Shown one piece after another: positions 24,051-36,543 of a stretch of 64,000 nucleotides of DNA. The notes beneath the pieces were generated by a model. The model was not told the origin of the DNA and did not search any database. It worked only from the letters and a program-made list of their open reading frames with translations. The stretch spans positions 891,820-955,819 of the forward strand of contig NMRA01000091.1 in NCBI GenBank assembly GCA_002633005.1, read 5' to 3'. Made by a program: the position numbers and the translations under genes. The first letter of the stretch is position 1; the number at the start of each line of letters is the position of its first letter. The stretch is from Phoronis australis (Eukaryota; Animalia; Phoronida).

Positions 24051-26212
24051 AAAACGAGGTCACGCGTTTTCCTGTCTCCAGGACAACGAGAGTTTTGTTG
24101 CCGTGTAATCCGGGACGGCCCTATCTCCCTTGCAATTCGGGGTTTATTTCGTAACAATTCTGCAAATTTTTGGTTTGAGAACATTGAAATGGAACTGTTG
24201 TTTTGGTTCGGGGGGGGCAAGTTTCCCATAATATCCATAATAAGATATGCCATTGATAAACTTTAAGGTCATTTATGACCATATCAACAATCATGTTTAT
24301 ATATCTAGTATGAAACTATAAAACTCATTAGTATATCTTCTGAAAACGGAAAGCCAGTATAATTTGATTTTTGACTGTAGACCAATATGCCGTTGATTGG
24401 GTGACGTGATGATTGCATTTTAATAAAATTTTGTACCACCACATAGCAAAAGAACGGTATCGGAATATCTAGACAAACTTTTGTTTAATGTAGATGTTGT
24501 AAATTAAATCTGAATAACCTTGTTGCAGTTTCCTACTACAAGTTGTTTCATTTTCGTTTTATGTAACTTTCTAATTCAGTTTTTTCGTCAAACTCATAAG
24601 TCCTTTTTGACAGGCTCTCTTGCACTATATTGGACCAGTTTGAAAAATTTTGAAAAAGCTTTTGGGAACATAGTATCTGAAAGTTTCATTTGAGGCCAAT
24701 CAGCCATTTCCGAGATGTTCCAAAAATTAACCAAGTTTAGAAATTTTTCTAGGATCCTAAGTCACTTTAACTTTTTGAAAATGTAAAGTTGTACAACGGC
24801 GTACAATTGTGGTTCATGAGGAATCAGTCGTAAGGAAGGACAAAACTGTAGTACGTCGGAAACGAAGTACAACTCTGCTTTGGCATTGTGATTTTGATTT
24901 AATATTTCTCATTTCAGGTGCAATTTTCAAATGTAGAAAATTTTTGCGTTCAATGTTTCAGTGGTATCGTAAATTTCCGAAAGAGCCCTCAGGATTACCT
25001 TTAGCACAGCAGCAACAGGTTTGACATTCGTTACTCACAGATCAGATCAAGTGACATGTTGTGACGTTTACAGTGTAAGATCTATGAAAAACAGTATATA
25101 TATATATATTTGAGAATACAAACAAATGGATTCAAGTATTTTATGTTTGAGTGACATGTCGTGATGGATTTCAAAAAATTGTTTAAGGGTCTTAAAATAG
25201 ACGTGTAATTGGGATTTCAGGTAAATTAAAATGAATTCGGCTACTACCACAAAATGATTACTCTAGGACTTGAAGCCAATGGCTGGCGTTGCGAACTGGA
25301 TCACAATAAATACCGTCTTGAGAACAGCTTATGGCATATGACAGTTTCACAACATTATCGAACGCACGTGTACTCATTTATGTGAATTGTAATAAATTTT
25401 AATGGAATATTAATCAAGTGGTCACTCGCTTTAAGAAAACAATACGTGATTAATGATTGAAGCGGTCAAACGCTTTCACGATATCCAAAAATTGTCAGGT
25501 GCAAGTAAAAGAAAAGTATTTTTGCAATGATGTAGAATTGAATGTCATTTTTAAAATAATAGCGGGGCCACATGATTTAAATAACACTTGACTATTGTTT
25601 TTAACAAATTTCATGGCAAATTAATTAGTATTAAAATTTAATTATTTTGTTTTTGTATTTTCTATAGGCGAGTAATTAACCTTTGAATCAATCTATCACG
25701 AACAGCAACAGGCGTATCCACTGCAATACTAAACAATACAGTCTTGTATATACAAAGCTCTGAAATGTTTTCCTAATTATAGAGTTTGCTTAATTTTAAT
25801 TAAGGAAATTGTTGCTTGCAATCTTCAAAGATTGCAAGCAACACTTTCTTGAATTCTCAAACAGTAAAATATCTTACTTAATACTCAGCACTTACGCGAC
25901 ATCTAAATCATACAATGCTATTGTAAGTTTTAGCGGTCTTTCGTCGTGCGTTGCACTGGTTTCTATAATACACTCTATAGTTTATAACATCCTCAAAACG
26001 TAACTATTTTGTTACAGCTATAGCCCTTGTTGACAGATGTCTAGGAGAAGGCTTTCACGCTCTTCATAAATTTCGAAATTCCCTTGTAATGTCTTGACAA
26101 CTTGTGTGGTGATATTATGTTTGTTAGTCAAAGCCATAGCAGATAGTCCAGATTTTCCTTGAACCATAATATCTATTTAGAAATTTAAAAGAAACTTCGG
26201 AAAACGACGCTT

Positions 26213-26397
26213 TCACTACCACTACCAGCACCACCATCGCCGCCACCATCACCAACGCCCGGCCACCACCACCGCCAAAACCACCACCGCTAAAACCACC
26301 ACCGCCACCACCACCACCACTACTAGTGTTACCTCTACAACAACAACAAAAACAACAACAACTTTTACTACATTGAAGTCGAACAACATATCTTTTG

Positions 26398-26441
<44 letters not shown>

Positions 26442-26686
26442 TTTGGTATCATCATTCTTATCATCATTGACATCATCAACATCATTCATGAACATCACCA
26501 ATTCGTCGTCATTAGCGTCACCACCACCATCGCCACCACCTCAACCATTTCATCATCATTACCACCTTCTCATCATAATCACGTTCCTAATCATTTCACT
26601 AAATCATTTCATCATCATCAACATCATCATCATCATCTTCATCACCATTATCATCAACAATTCATCATCATCATAATCATCATCAC

Positions 26687-26722
<36 letters not shown>

Positions 26723-27130
26723 TACCACAATCATCACGATCATGCTCATATTAACCGTCAGCATTATCATCATCATCATCATCATCATCATCGTTACCGT
26801 GTCTTCTTCTTCCTCCTCATCGATGTCATCATAATTTGTCACGAGCGCCACAATCGTCAGCAACATTTTCTTTATAATCATCGTCGTCATCGTCGTCATT
26901 ATTATCATCATCTTCACCATCATCATCATCATTATAATCACTATCATTAATTTACTCTTCATTTTCAGAAGCATTCTCTCCATAATCATCATCAACCCAT
27001 CAATATAATCATTTCATCACAATTATCATCATCATCATCACCATCACTAACATCATCATGATTATTATTATCATCATCATCAACGTGATCATCATTCTTT
27101 TTCATTGTCAATCGTCATCCTCACCATCTT
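26213..27130. repeat. Large compound (CAC)n/(CAA)n/(ATC)n microsatellite region
   Basis: Long runs of catcatcat and ccaccacc that generate spurious poly-I/S/M/D ORFs. Confidence 0.95.
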
Positions 27131-28434
27131 TATCTTAAAAAATCGTCGATGTTATTTTGTTATTGTGACGACCGAAATGTACGATGCAATTAGAATTGTC
27201 GCAAGCACAATCCATCATAATCGCCACCGCCATTTTTGATAAGCAACACCGCCATCAACGATGAAGACTAGCGGCAACGATGATAGTATATGAATGTTGC
27301 ACAATGTCGGAGTTTTGGTAACTGCAACGTAAGAAGTAACAACGGTCGAAAGCTATGAAATAATGGACACCGTGCACTGCAACTTGCTCATAGACTTCTA
27401 CGACATTTTTCTTGAAGAGTCTATTGTCTTTTGTCTTGAATTTGGCTAAAACTCAGCTACAGATGGCTGAGCCTATTTTGCGAAAATCAGTCTAAGACTG
27501 AAAGCCAGAAAATCTGTCTACAACTCGGAAGTCATGGAACAGAGATGCGTAGTCTGCTCCATTAGACAGAGTGAAATTCGTTGCGAGAAACGTAAAACAA
27601 AAAACGCAACTTTTGGCTATTCTTAGTCAGATTTTTGCCTTTTATCTAATTTAAAGAAAAACTCTTCGATAAAGAGGCCCCGTCTGAACACTTGCTGTAC
27701 TGTCATTATTCGCCCATGGGCTGCAGAAGAGACACCTATAATGACTGTTCCACAAAGAGTTCTCGAGGCCCGTCATCTGTATAGTGCTTGCTGTTCAATA
27801 TAATAAAAAATCTTATCTATGCTGATGAACCATGTTGATGTGAGACAGGTTATAAACCATCGAAAACAATTCCTAAACGTTTTCATTTAAAATCACTATT
27901 CTGAGAATTGCCTGCACAATTAAAAATGTTAGAACACAGTGTTTGGTTGAAAACATATTTAGAAAGATTAACATCTATGCTCTTAGGCAAAAAGAAAAGA
28001 TCGTTAAACTATGGTATCTCGGTGTAATTGTCACTACAAACATCGCCATAAAGAAGTTGTAATTGCCGTTGATAGCACAACAATTAATCACGGTCGTCCT
28101 TTCACAGAACGTGTTAAATTGAGCACGTTAATTCCTTGTTGTGCACAATTATAAACTAATGAAGCTATTCAGTTGCGCTTAACTTTTGTGATAAATTACC
28201 ACTCTTTAGTGGCCAGATTCGCTCAGCGGAGTGATAACATTTTTGTTGTTACTTTGACTGTCTCCATGGCAATTCACCATTTTACATGTTACGAAAAATG
28301 CGAAGAACTGATCTGAGAATGTTGCAAGATGTTTCATCACACAGAAGCTACAATTAGGGATACAAGTGTTAACGAAAGAGTCATTGAAAGTTGTCATACG
28401 TGTATTGTTACGTGCTCGATTTCTCTGCCGTTAA

Positions 28435-28665
28435 TAGTATTATTATTATCATCGCCACTATTGTCGTCATCACGTCGTCACTATCGCCATCATTATCGTC
28501 TTCGTCATCGTCATCGTTATCGTCATCAATTTCATACTCGTTATTGACATTGTTATTATCATCGTCATATGATCGTCATCTTCATCCACCACCATCATGC
28601 TCGTCAGTGTTGTTTTCTTTGTTGTTGCTATTGTTACGTGTACTATTGTTGTTGTTGGTGATGGT
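28435..28665. repeat. Degenerate (ATC/GTC/TTG)n low-complexity repeat
   Basis: Visible trinucleotide periodicity. Confidence 0.8.
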
Positions 28666-31093
28666 TTTGCAACAAGAAATCGTTTAGTACACACTCAGTG
28701 GTAACAGGCCAATGGGATTGACTTCTCTGGAGTAAGGGTATATGGAGAGACTATAAGTCCAAACTGTTTATCCGAGAATCTGGACACGTCAAGTAGGGTC
28801 ATGCTAAGAATTTCTCGGATAGGAATGTTGTTTGTGTTGAGTCCTTTGGATTAGAGCTATTCTGATCTACAGTCCTGTCACTGGTTTATGCCATATACAT
28901 TATGCGTTATGATTTAAATCTTGCGTCTGGTTCTTAAGATTTCTGTTATTACTGTGGGCAAAACCTATGCGATGATGTTAAACCCGGTTTCTTCGTTACT
29001 TTTTAAATAACTACAGCCGTTAATTTATTGATCAGTCACCTTTGATTACTTTCAACCACCTAATCTTAACTTTTGATGTACCCCCGCATGTCATCTTATT
29101 CTTTTCCAGGACATTGCAGCCAGTAGAATTTCTTAAGTGGCAAATCCCAATTCAATAAAGTTGAATGGTGACTACGCCCACCTGAGATGACGTCTCTATA
29201 AATTGCGATGCGCCTCGTGATGCACACACAATAGTTCTTGGATGCAGACTGATTTTTGCAGAATCGACGCCTGGATTGCGTCATAGAGAGTTATCTGATC
29301 TTCTTAGCTATTTTAAGCTTATAAATCCCATCGCCCTCCCTCGTCCGGCGTTTGGTCACTTTAGCCATCTGTATCCGTCGACTGCATCTAGAAACTCTCT
29401 TTACCAAGGGACTGACCACCGGCGTCTCACGCGCACCTGCCACGAGAACTGCTCAACCATGTTGAAATAGTGGATTAAGTCCGCCCTCAATGGTCCTCGA
29501 ATGTAAGATATTTGCAAATTTACTAATCAATTTCCACTAGAGAGTCAAGCATATAATCTTAGAGAACGACGTATCGTGCCTTATTCAAACACTGCCCTGA
29601 ACGTATAACGTAACATGGAGGGTGGTCTTACGCGATAAAACAAAACACAATCAGAACGAGATTCAGTCCACAATGGCTTTCGTCTTACGCAACGAATACT
29701 CATTTCAGACTTCTAATAATGAAATTTCTTCTATATTACGAGTATTTATTGTAGAATAATATTTACTTCAGAATTAAATTTGACATTTTTATTTTCATTT
29801 TGTGTTACGCAAGTATGCGACGTTCGTGTGACTGAACAAGAAAATCGTGTGTCTTTTTGCAAGCTTTTACAACTATAAGTAAATGGCACTGACTAACTAC
29901 TCCAGATATTTTTATTTTCACAGCACGTTTCAAAACTCGACGCACAACTTGGAGAAATTTATTTGACCTACCAGGAGGGGTGATCTCCGTTTTAATCTCC
30001 ACTTCACTCCGCGGGCCCTGTTGTGATCTTTTTGGTGTCTTGTGAAACCTGATGGTATTTTGGGACACTCTAAATGTTCATGCACAACTTTTAAACCGAA
30101 GTATAAACCGCTTAAAGATTTGTCGACGGTGAAAAAATAAAGAAAAGATTAAGCTAACAATCTCAAAAGTCGTTCAGTTCAGAATCTACGAACAGAACAC
30201 TTCTTCGCTTACACAGTATTTCACTTATTTACACGTACTAACTGCACAGAGTAATAATGCGTCTCTATGCCTCCGTCGCACGAACGCCGTAACGCCGTCT
30301 GCATCCATATTCTCTTGCTCATCGTCATAAAATATCCCCACGTCGAGTTTATTAAAAAATTCCAGTCCATGACACATTACCATATTTACACATCATTTGT
30401 CGTGGTTCTCATATATTAATTACCGCAATATTATTGACAGTTTCTTAATTTAAAACAAAAAGAGAGTTATTGATCCTTTCGTGTGTACGACAGCACGTGT
30501 CTAATGGAACACTGAGGAAATCGATCGGGTTATGGAATGCGAACTAAAGGCGGCTTTTGAGACATTTTGCACCTCCCATAATGTAGTGTATTACGGGAGC
30601 GAAAATATATTTTGTTGCCATTACATCAACCAGAGACAAGTTAGATGCAACTTGTAAGGTGCTGTTTTTCCTTATTTCTTGTCATTATTAATTGTTGGGC
30701 TATCTAGGATTAATTAGGTGAAGGAATATCAAAAATCAATGTATCGCCATTGGAAATCTACCGGAGATTCCTTTATAACGGTCTTTATAATTCCGTCCAG
30801 TTTCGTTCAGTATAATTGAGCGTGTAGCTTTTTGCTAGCCAAGACTCAAAATGAAACAAAATAACTATTTTATGGAAATATCAGTTTTGGAATTTCCCAG
30901 CAAGATATACATTTTAAAATATTTTGAATCAATTTCCCGTTGAATTGTCAAACAGGCATGCTGAATCGGGCTATGATGTGGTTCTCACGTGGGCAACACC
31001 CAGTCACTCAAAAGCTGCCATACCACCAGTCTGTGTGGTTTGTCGTTTAGTCAGAAAATGGAGATTTCACCTGTAAAGAAACGCTTCCCGTGT

Positions 31094-31185
31094 GTCTCTC
31101 GCGTCGAAGCCCAGTTCGAGTGGACCATGTCGCCTATTAGTCTCTCGCGTCGTGGCCCAGACTGAGTGGACCAAGTCGCCTATTA
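31094..31185. repeat. 46-bp tandem duplication x2
   Basis: gtctctcgcgtcg..cccag..gagtggacca.gtcgcctatta at 31094-31139 and 31140-31185. Confidence 0.9.
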
Positions 31186-31849
31186 ATAGGGTCCTAATAC
31201 GATTTCAAGCGCTGTGCATGATACCGCTTTATTGAAGACTGGAAGGGATAATAGTTCTAAAATGACTACCGTTCATTAACTCTCCTCAAGAGTTCTTATT
31301 GTAGTCGCAGATATCTGTCATTTATAAGAAGTAGGTGGAAATTACTGCATCATAAATTATAATGTCAGTCAAGACGACAGGATTCTTTAACAGTTTTGAT
31401 AAAGACAAACACCGGGTCGTAAACTGTCGCTTGAGGTGGCGTCCAACCGCGCAGTGTACAAAGGAATAACACAAATGGGTCAAATGAAAAATGTAATATG
31501 TTTGCTAATGAATAGTTAATTACATTTTTGAATGCTTCAGTTGGCAAAAATCAAATGCCTACAAATAAAACAACGTTTTGTTGAGTTTTTACGTTTATTA
31601 CGGTACCTGTGCACGTTTACAGGTGTGACAAACGTGAGTGTGATAAAAATATAACACAGTCAATGGACATAACATGGATAGAAACAATTTATAACAAAGC
31701 AGTCAGCTCAATATACAATGATTTTGTCCCTCAAAATAAATTATCGTGTTGTATAATTGCACAGAAATAAATCACATTACTTAATATATTGCACGATTCC
31801 CTATAATCACAAAATACGGAAACAGGCATAGCATCCAACACGAGAACTG

Positions 31850-31852
<3 letters not shown>

Positions 31853-31893
<41 letters not shown>
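31853..31893. repeat. (AG)n microsatellite
   Basis: About 20 AG units. Confidence 0.98.
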
Positions 31894-31897
<4 letters not shown>

Positions 31898-32528
31898 GTG
31901 TGTGTTAGGCGTAGTACCCAATACGAGCACTGAACAAGTCGAGACATTGTACGTGGGAAGCATTTATAAGTAGCATGAATTGAAATTCCCGTTAAGTGCG
32001 ACATTCAGTATCCGACACCAGTGAGCACCTTTAGATGAATAAAAACGGAGTCATATGACGTCAAGTGGAATTCACACAAGTGACGAGGGGAAACCCTGAA
32101 GTAAAGTTGATGCCATCACAGACAAATGTTTTGCATCTGAATTTTCCTCCTTTAACCTTTTCACGATTTATCTTACGCATCCGATTACTTTGCATGCTTC
32201 CTCCGCGGTTCGTAAGCATGGGTGGAACATGTTAGAGCCATAAACAGATCGGTGCGTTAGGCTCGCTCATCATATGAGCACCTTGCACGTTGCACACGCA
32301 AGCCTTTCTTGCAAGCTTTCACCGCCTTAGTGATTGAGGACACTCAGGTCAAAATAAAAAAAGATTGTCTTTTATTTCCAATCACATCTGACTGTGCAAT
32401 GTAACGTGTTTCCGTGTGGAATGTAGGAACTGGAGTTATTAAGCTTCACAAAGGAATCCTCCAATGCTTTGCCGCTACTAAGGTGACTTTGTTAGAACCA
32501 TTTCATTTTTTCACCTCGCACTTTTATT

Positions 32529-32734
32529 TCACACGTCCATCGTTGTACTGTCTAAGACCGGAAGCGACAGATCACAGCTGGTTGTTTCCCCATTTTGCCT
32601 CGGGTCCTCGGGTGTCCAAACTTTGGCAGTTAAAGTGTTTTTGGGTCCTAAATGCGGTTTGCTCTCGTCCGTCCACGACAAGGAGTGGCCTGCCAAGGGA
32701 GGTAGACCATATTTCTCTGTGTCTTCCGTCGCAG
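32529..32734 (-). CDS. PTF1A: Ptf1a exon 2 (C1 HSLSW and C2 VWTPEDPR motifs, stop)
   Basis: Acceptor gttttag|CT; phase-1 join with exon 1 donor G|gtgggt; TGA at 32531-32529, immediately followed by AATAAA on the - strand. Confidence 0.93.
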
Positions 32735-35700
32735 CTAAAACGTCAACAGAGCATATTAATACTTAAATAAATTGTGCAAACTCAACTTTTTAGACCCCTT
32801 CTAAATTTGTTGTGAAGGGATGAGTGACTGAGTGCAAAAAGGATTTCGCAAGGACGACTGCCAGTCAGTTTTTATTTGAGTTATAGACGCAGGCGTTTAA
32901 ATATCCTTTTATATTAATGGGACCACTGTTAGGGGCGTTACTACCACCACGATGTTCAGTGAACATATACTGGAAAGGAGTTGGACCAGAGTTGCCTGAA
33001 GGAAGGCATCTAAAATCTTTACCTTTTATTTACACGAATATTCGTAATACAATGACCCAGCAACGAACCGTGCTTGCTTAGTACTGGCAGACTTCATTTA
33101 TAATTGATAAGAAAAACACGAAGGAACTCGCAGGTCGAATATGAAAGATATATTGTTGCACTTGGATCTCCGCTGAGAGATTTTCTGCTTTATAACATTA
33201 AGACATCTGTTAACTATAAGTAACATAACTTCTGTTTTGAAACATCAAGTAAAAGTAAATGATAAAACAAAGCTCTGTGCACGCGTTTTCTCGCGAAGAT
33301 GCCTTACAAAATGCGTGCCAGCTCATTTAGTCCTGGTTGTGTAATTCAGCGCTAATTCTTAATCATTGCTATTTCTATAACGTAATATCAATCACTATTT
33401 TGCTGTTGCTATATCGGCAAACGAAATACGAGCAACAATAACGATTAGAGTAATACTAATAACGATATTTAGTATTACAATATCTACAATAGCGACAACT
33501 GTATGGTAGTGGCATTGAAATGATAGCCTTTCTGAAAATATTTCGAAACTAATTCTTGAGAGATTTGATGTTCATGTTTCCGTGTTATGAAATTGTAACG
33601 TCTAACTGTTATCTGATGTAATAACCAATTTTTCAATACTGTAGCAAATTTAAGTATTGCGACTTCTTCGAGAGAACCAAGCAGAAACTACATGTAACTT
33701 TACTGTACAACATTAAAACATATACGGCATCCAACAAATACTTGACGAGCTTGATAATCAAGACCTTACGAGAGATAATTAGTCGCGAAGGGCTGTTGAG
33801 AAGTCTATAAATTCACACTCTAAGGAGTGCGGCGCGTGTAACGTCGCGTGGCCGTGACGTCACGAGATTAAAACGATTAGCCCGCATGGTTTATTAATAT
33901 TAAATTAGATGAACTACATTCCTTAGCAAAAGATTTCAAAATGAAACTATCTAGATAGTCCATAGGTATGCTATTTATTTTCTAAGCGATTTTAGAGTTA
34001 AAGGACCATTATCGTTTTTTATGGCTGAAAAACGCATTTTGGGTATTTTTGATCAGTAGGATAGATTAATGAAGTTATTAGCTTTGACTAGAGCTATAAA
34101 ACAACAACGTTCGTTATGTTTTTGTGATTTTATTACAAATCTTCAAATGCCGCCATTGTGTGCCAGACATTCTTTGAAATCCAATCCCGTGACTATCGGT
34201 TAAAAACCCTTAGAATATTCAATTATCGAGTGGAGTTTAGCACCGCCAACAGAGCGATCGCGGGGGTTGCAGGTTCGATTCCGCGCAAGATCTCAGGAAA
34301 TCACTTTTCTCTCGGGTAAAGTGCCTTAAAAATTAATGAAAATAGTCAACGATTTCTGTTTGAAAATAATGTATTTAGTAACCCTATATTCTGTTTACTA
34401 TCATTTTGAGTTTCCGACAGTTGCATCAGCGATATATCGTATAAAACCGGCGTGTATTGGATAAATACACAGCGAAGGAGCAATCTTTTCATTACAGTTT
34501 TAGATTTTCAAGTACATATGGCGAAATTCCCAGGGGCTTAGCAGCAATCTAGAGTGTTATAAAATAACTCATTTTATCTTTTGGCAATCGGGATACGGCG
34601 GTTTAAGGTATAAAAAACAAAAACAATTGTTCACTACCACGCCATAAACCAAGCAGATGTGCGCCGATTCGCCAATGGTAAAGGTTACCGTATATGCGTG
34701 TCTTCAGACCTATATGTGCGGCTGCGCCTATATATTAGACTGCGCCTATATCGGACGTTCAATGTTTGTGCCTAAATGTGGAGCCCTTGAATAAACTCTA
34801 GGAACAAATCTTAGTAAAACTTTACTCGTTGCTTACAAAATTGTGTATTTTGACGCCAGTGTATTCAAAATTTAGTACAAATTTAGTAATACAAAATGCT
34901 AAGAATGGACAAAAGCTGAGATAATCACATAGTTTAAGAAATGGTCATAATAAGCATAAAAATGAAACTGAGACGCATGGGCCTATAAGAGAAGCACTGA
35001 ACAAAACATATTCTTTGAAAAAGCATTATTTCGGACAAAAGACATGGACTTAAATACGAGCATATACGGTAGAATGTGTTGATAACGAATTTTGCCACCT
35101 AGTAGCAGACACGTGCTGGACTTTTGAATCGGTAACACCTGTATTGTTTTATGGTCTTATTTATTTTAGGAAAGAGTTTTTACGAAAAATAAAAAATAAC
35201 AAGTGCTGAGACCGCAGTATACATTACATGCATTTTGACTTCAAACTAATTTGTTTTTGGTCTCAAATATGGCTTATAGAACAAGTGAAGATTACTGTTA
35301 AACATGCAGGAACAGATATTCAAGAGTGCATCTGCTCTAATAAGTAAACACCTTGATGTTTCAATCGTGTACTCAAAGAAAAAACTACACAATTGTAAGT
35401 TATAAGGAATGTCATTATGTTGCACATTTTCAAGTGAATCAATTTGGTAGTTTTCAAGAACGGCAATGTCCTTTTTATCTCCTAATGAACAAACATTTCT
35501 TGCTGTGATGCCTTGGTTGCTTCTTGTTCTATTGCAAGGAAGGTCTGTGAATGCTGGGAAGATATGATAAGAGATCGTCTCAAAAATGAGTAACCTAACA
35601 AAACGAGATGTATTTCCGCTGTGTTCAAGCAATAAATGGAACTTCAAATTATTTCGTATGACGAGTACCCACCTCGATGACAGCTGATCATGATTTTCCT

Positions 35701-36132
35701 CGGTCTACTTTCATTGTGGCCACCCATATTTTCCTTCGCTGTCGTGTCGTTCTGCACAAGTTCGCTTAGAAAACCAATATAACCTATGGCAAGTCTCAAA
35801 GTGTCAACTTTTGAAAGTCGTTTTTCATATGGAAGCGTCGGTATGTGTGCACGAAGTCCTTCAAACGCTTCGTTGATACTCTGCATTCGTTTGCGTTCCC
35901 TCTGATTTGCGGCTTGTCGCTGCTGGATTTGAACTTGAGGGTTTTTCTTACGTCGGCGTTTTATTTTTCCTGGCGCTATGTTGTTTTCCTGGTCGTGCAA
36001 GCCATATCCATAGGGTGACATGACGTCCGACGCTCCGTCATAGCTGTCAACGCTGTAAGTATGATAAGCAGACGAATGCTGATATTCTTGTAAAAATTGT
36101 AGATTAAGAGCTTCCACATTATAACTATCCAT
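32529..36132 (-). CDS. PTF1A: Pancreas transcription factor 1 subunit alpha (Ptf1a / Fer1 ortholog), 221 aa; exons 36132-35673 and 32734-32529
   Basis: b[55 protein letters not shown], followed by KIMISCHR. Exon 2 encodes [13 protein letters not shown] and [10 protein letters not shown], which are diagnostic of Ptf1a. Confidence 0.95.
33998..34135 (+). mobile_element. Fragment of TTAA-AGG (Kolobok/T2-like) element; related copy at ~37895-38020
   Basis: Shared gaagtta(t/c)tagctttga...agagctataaaa and aaggac..t.atcg.tttt segments in the same orientation. Confidence 0.5.
34228..34315 (+). mobile_element. tRNA-derived SINE fragment in the Ptf1a intron
   Basis: B-box GGTTCGATTCC (34272-34282) followed by caggaaatcacttttct. 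A related copy lies on the - strand at ~57745-57820. Confidence 0.5.
34686..35071. mobile_element. pogo/Tigger-like MITE in the Ptf1a intron
   Basis: TA-bounded terminal inverted repeat taccgtatatgc / gcatatacggta; internal tgcgcctatat repeats. Confidence 0.7.
35673..36132 (-). CDS. PTF1A: Ptf1a exon 1 (bHLH)
   Basis: ORF 35644..36132 up to the donor after CHR. Confidence 0.95.
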
Positions 36133-36281
36133 CGTTGGAAAAAGAGAAGTTTAAGGCAGTTGTCAAAACGATTCTTCCGAATTAGGGTTAAAGTTTTTTT
36201 TGCGTAAAAGAATGCCGAATTGTGCGATTAAACGTCGGATGTAGTCTAACAATATTACACTTCAGAGACACGCGATACAAC

Positions 36282-36327
36282 AATATATAGATTAGTAAGA
36301 CGCGTGTCAATCACTTGATTAGCCAAT
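36282..36327 (-). promoter_or_regulatory. Candidate Ptf1a core promoter: CCAAT box, TGATTGAC (PBX/MEIS-type) site, TATA-like box
   Basis: CCAAT at 36323-36327, TGTCAATCA at 36305-36313, and TATATATT (- strand) at 36289-36282, about 150-195 bp upstream of the ATG. Confidence 0.5.
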
Positions 36328-36526
36328 CGCTAGCGAGTATTCCAGCACCGTGCGCGTGGCCCTTGATTTTCTAGCATTGTCAAGTTTGAAGTAAATAATG
36401 ATTCCTTCATTAAGTCGAAAATTAATCGCTGCCACGTGGACCTCGTAAACATTCAAACACAGGAGATGTTTTACTAAAAAAAGTAAAATTTTAATTGAAA
36501 TGATGTCTTTATGGGAGTACACATAT

Positions 36527-36543
36527 CAGCTGTTAATTTCTCA
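36527..36543 (+). promoter_or_regulatory. Candidate PTF1-complex site (E-box + 4 nt + TC-box)
   Basis: CAGCTG-ttaa-TTTCTCA, about 395 bp upstream of the Ptf1a ATG. Confidence 0.45.

Noticed and set aside
26124-26995. Poly-D/G/I/M/S/H ORFs
   Set aside because: Artefacts of stop-free trinucleotide microsatellites on both strands.
32575-32592. PTF1-like site CAGCTG-gttg-TTTCCCCA
   Set aside because: It lies inside Ptf1a coding exon 2 and the TC-box is imperfect; codon content may explain it.
34228-34290. tRNA gene
   Set aside because: It has a B-box but no complete cloverleaf or clear A-box. A related copy elsewhere points to a SINE.
35246-35672. 133-aa ORF 35246..35647 and the GYSSYEII end of the Ptf1a ORF
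   Set aside because: Both are intronic; the true C-terminus is on exon 2 (32734-32529).
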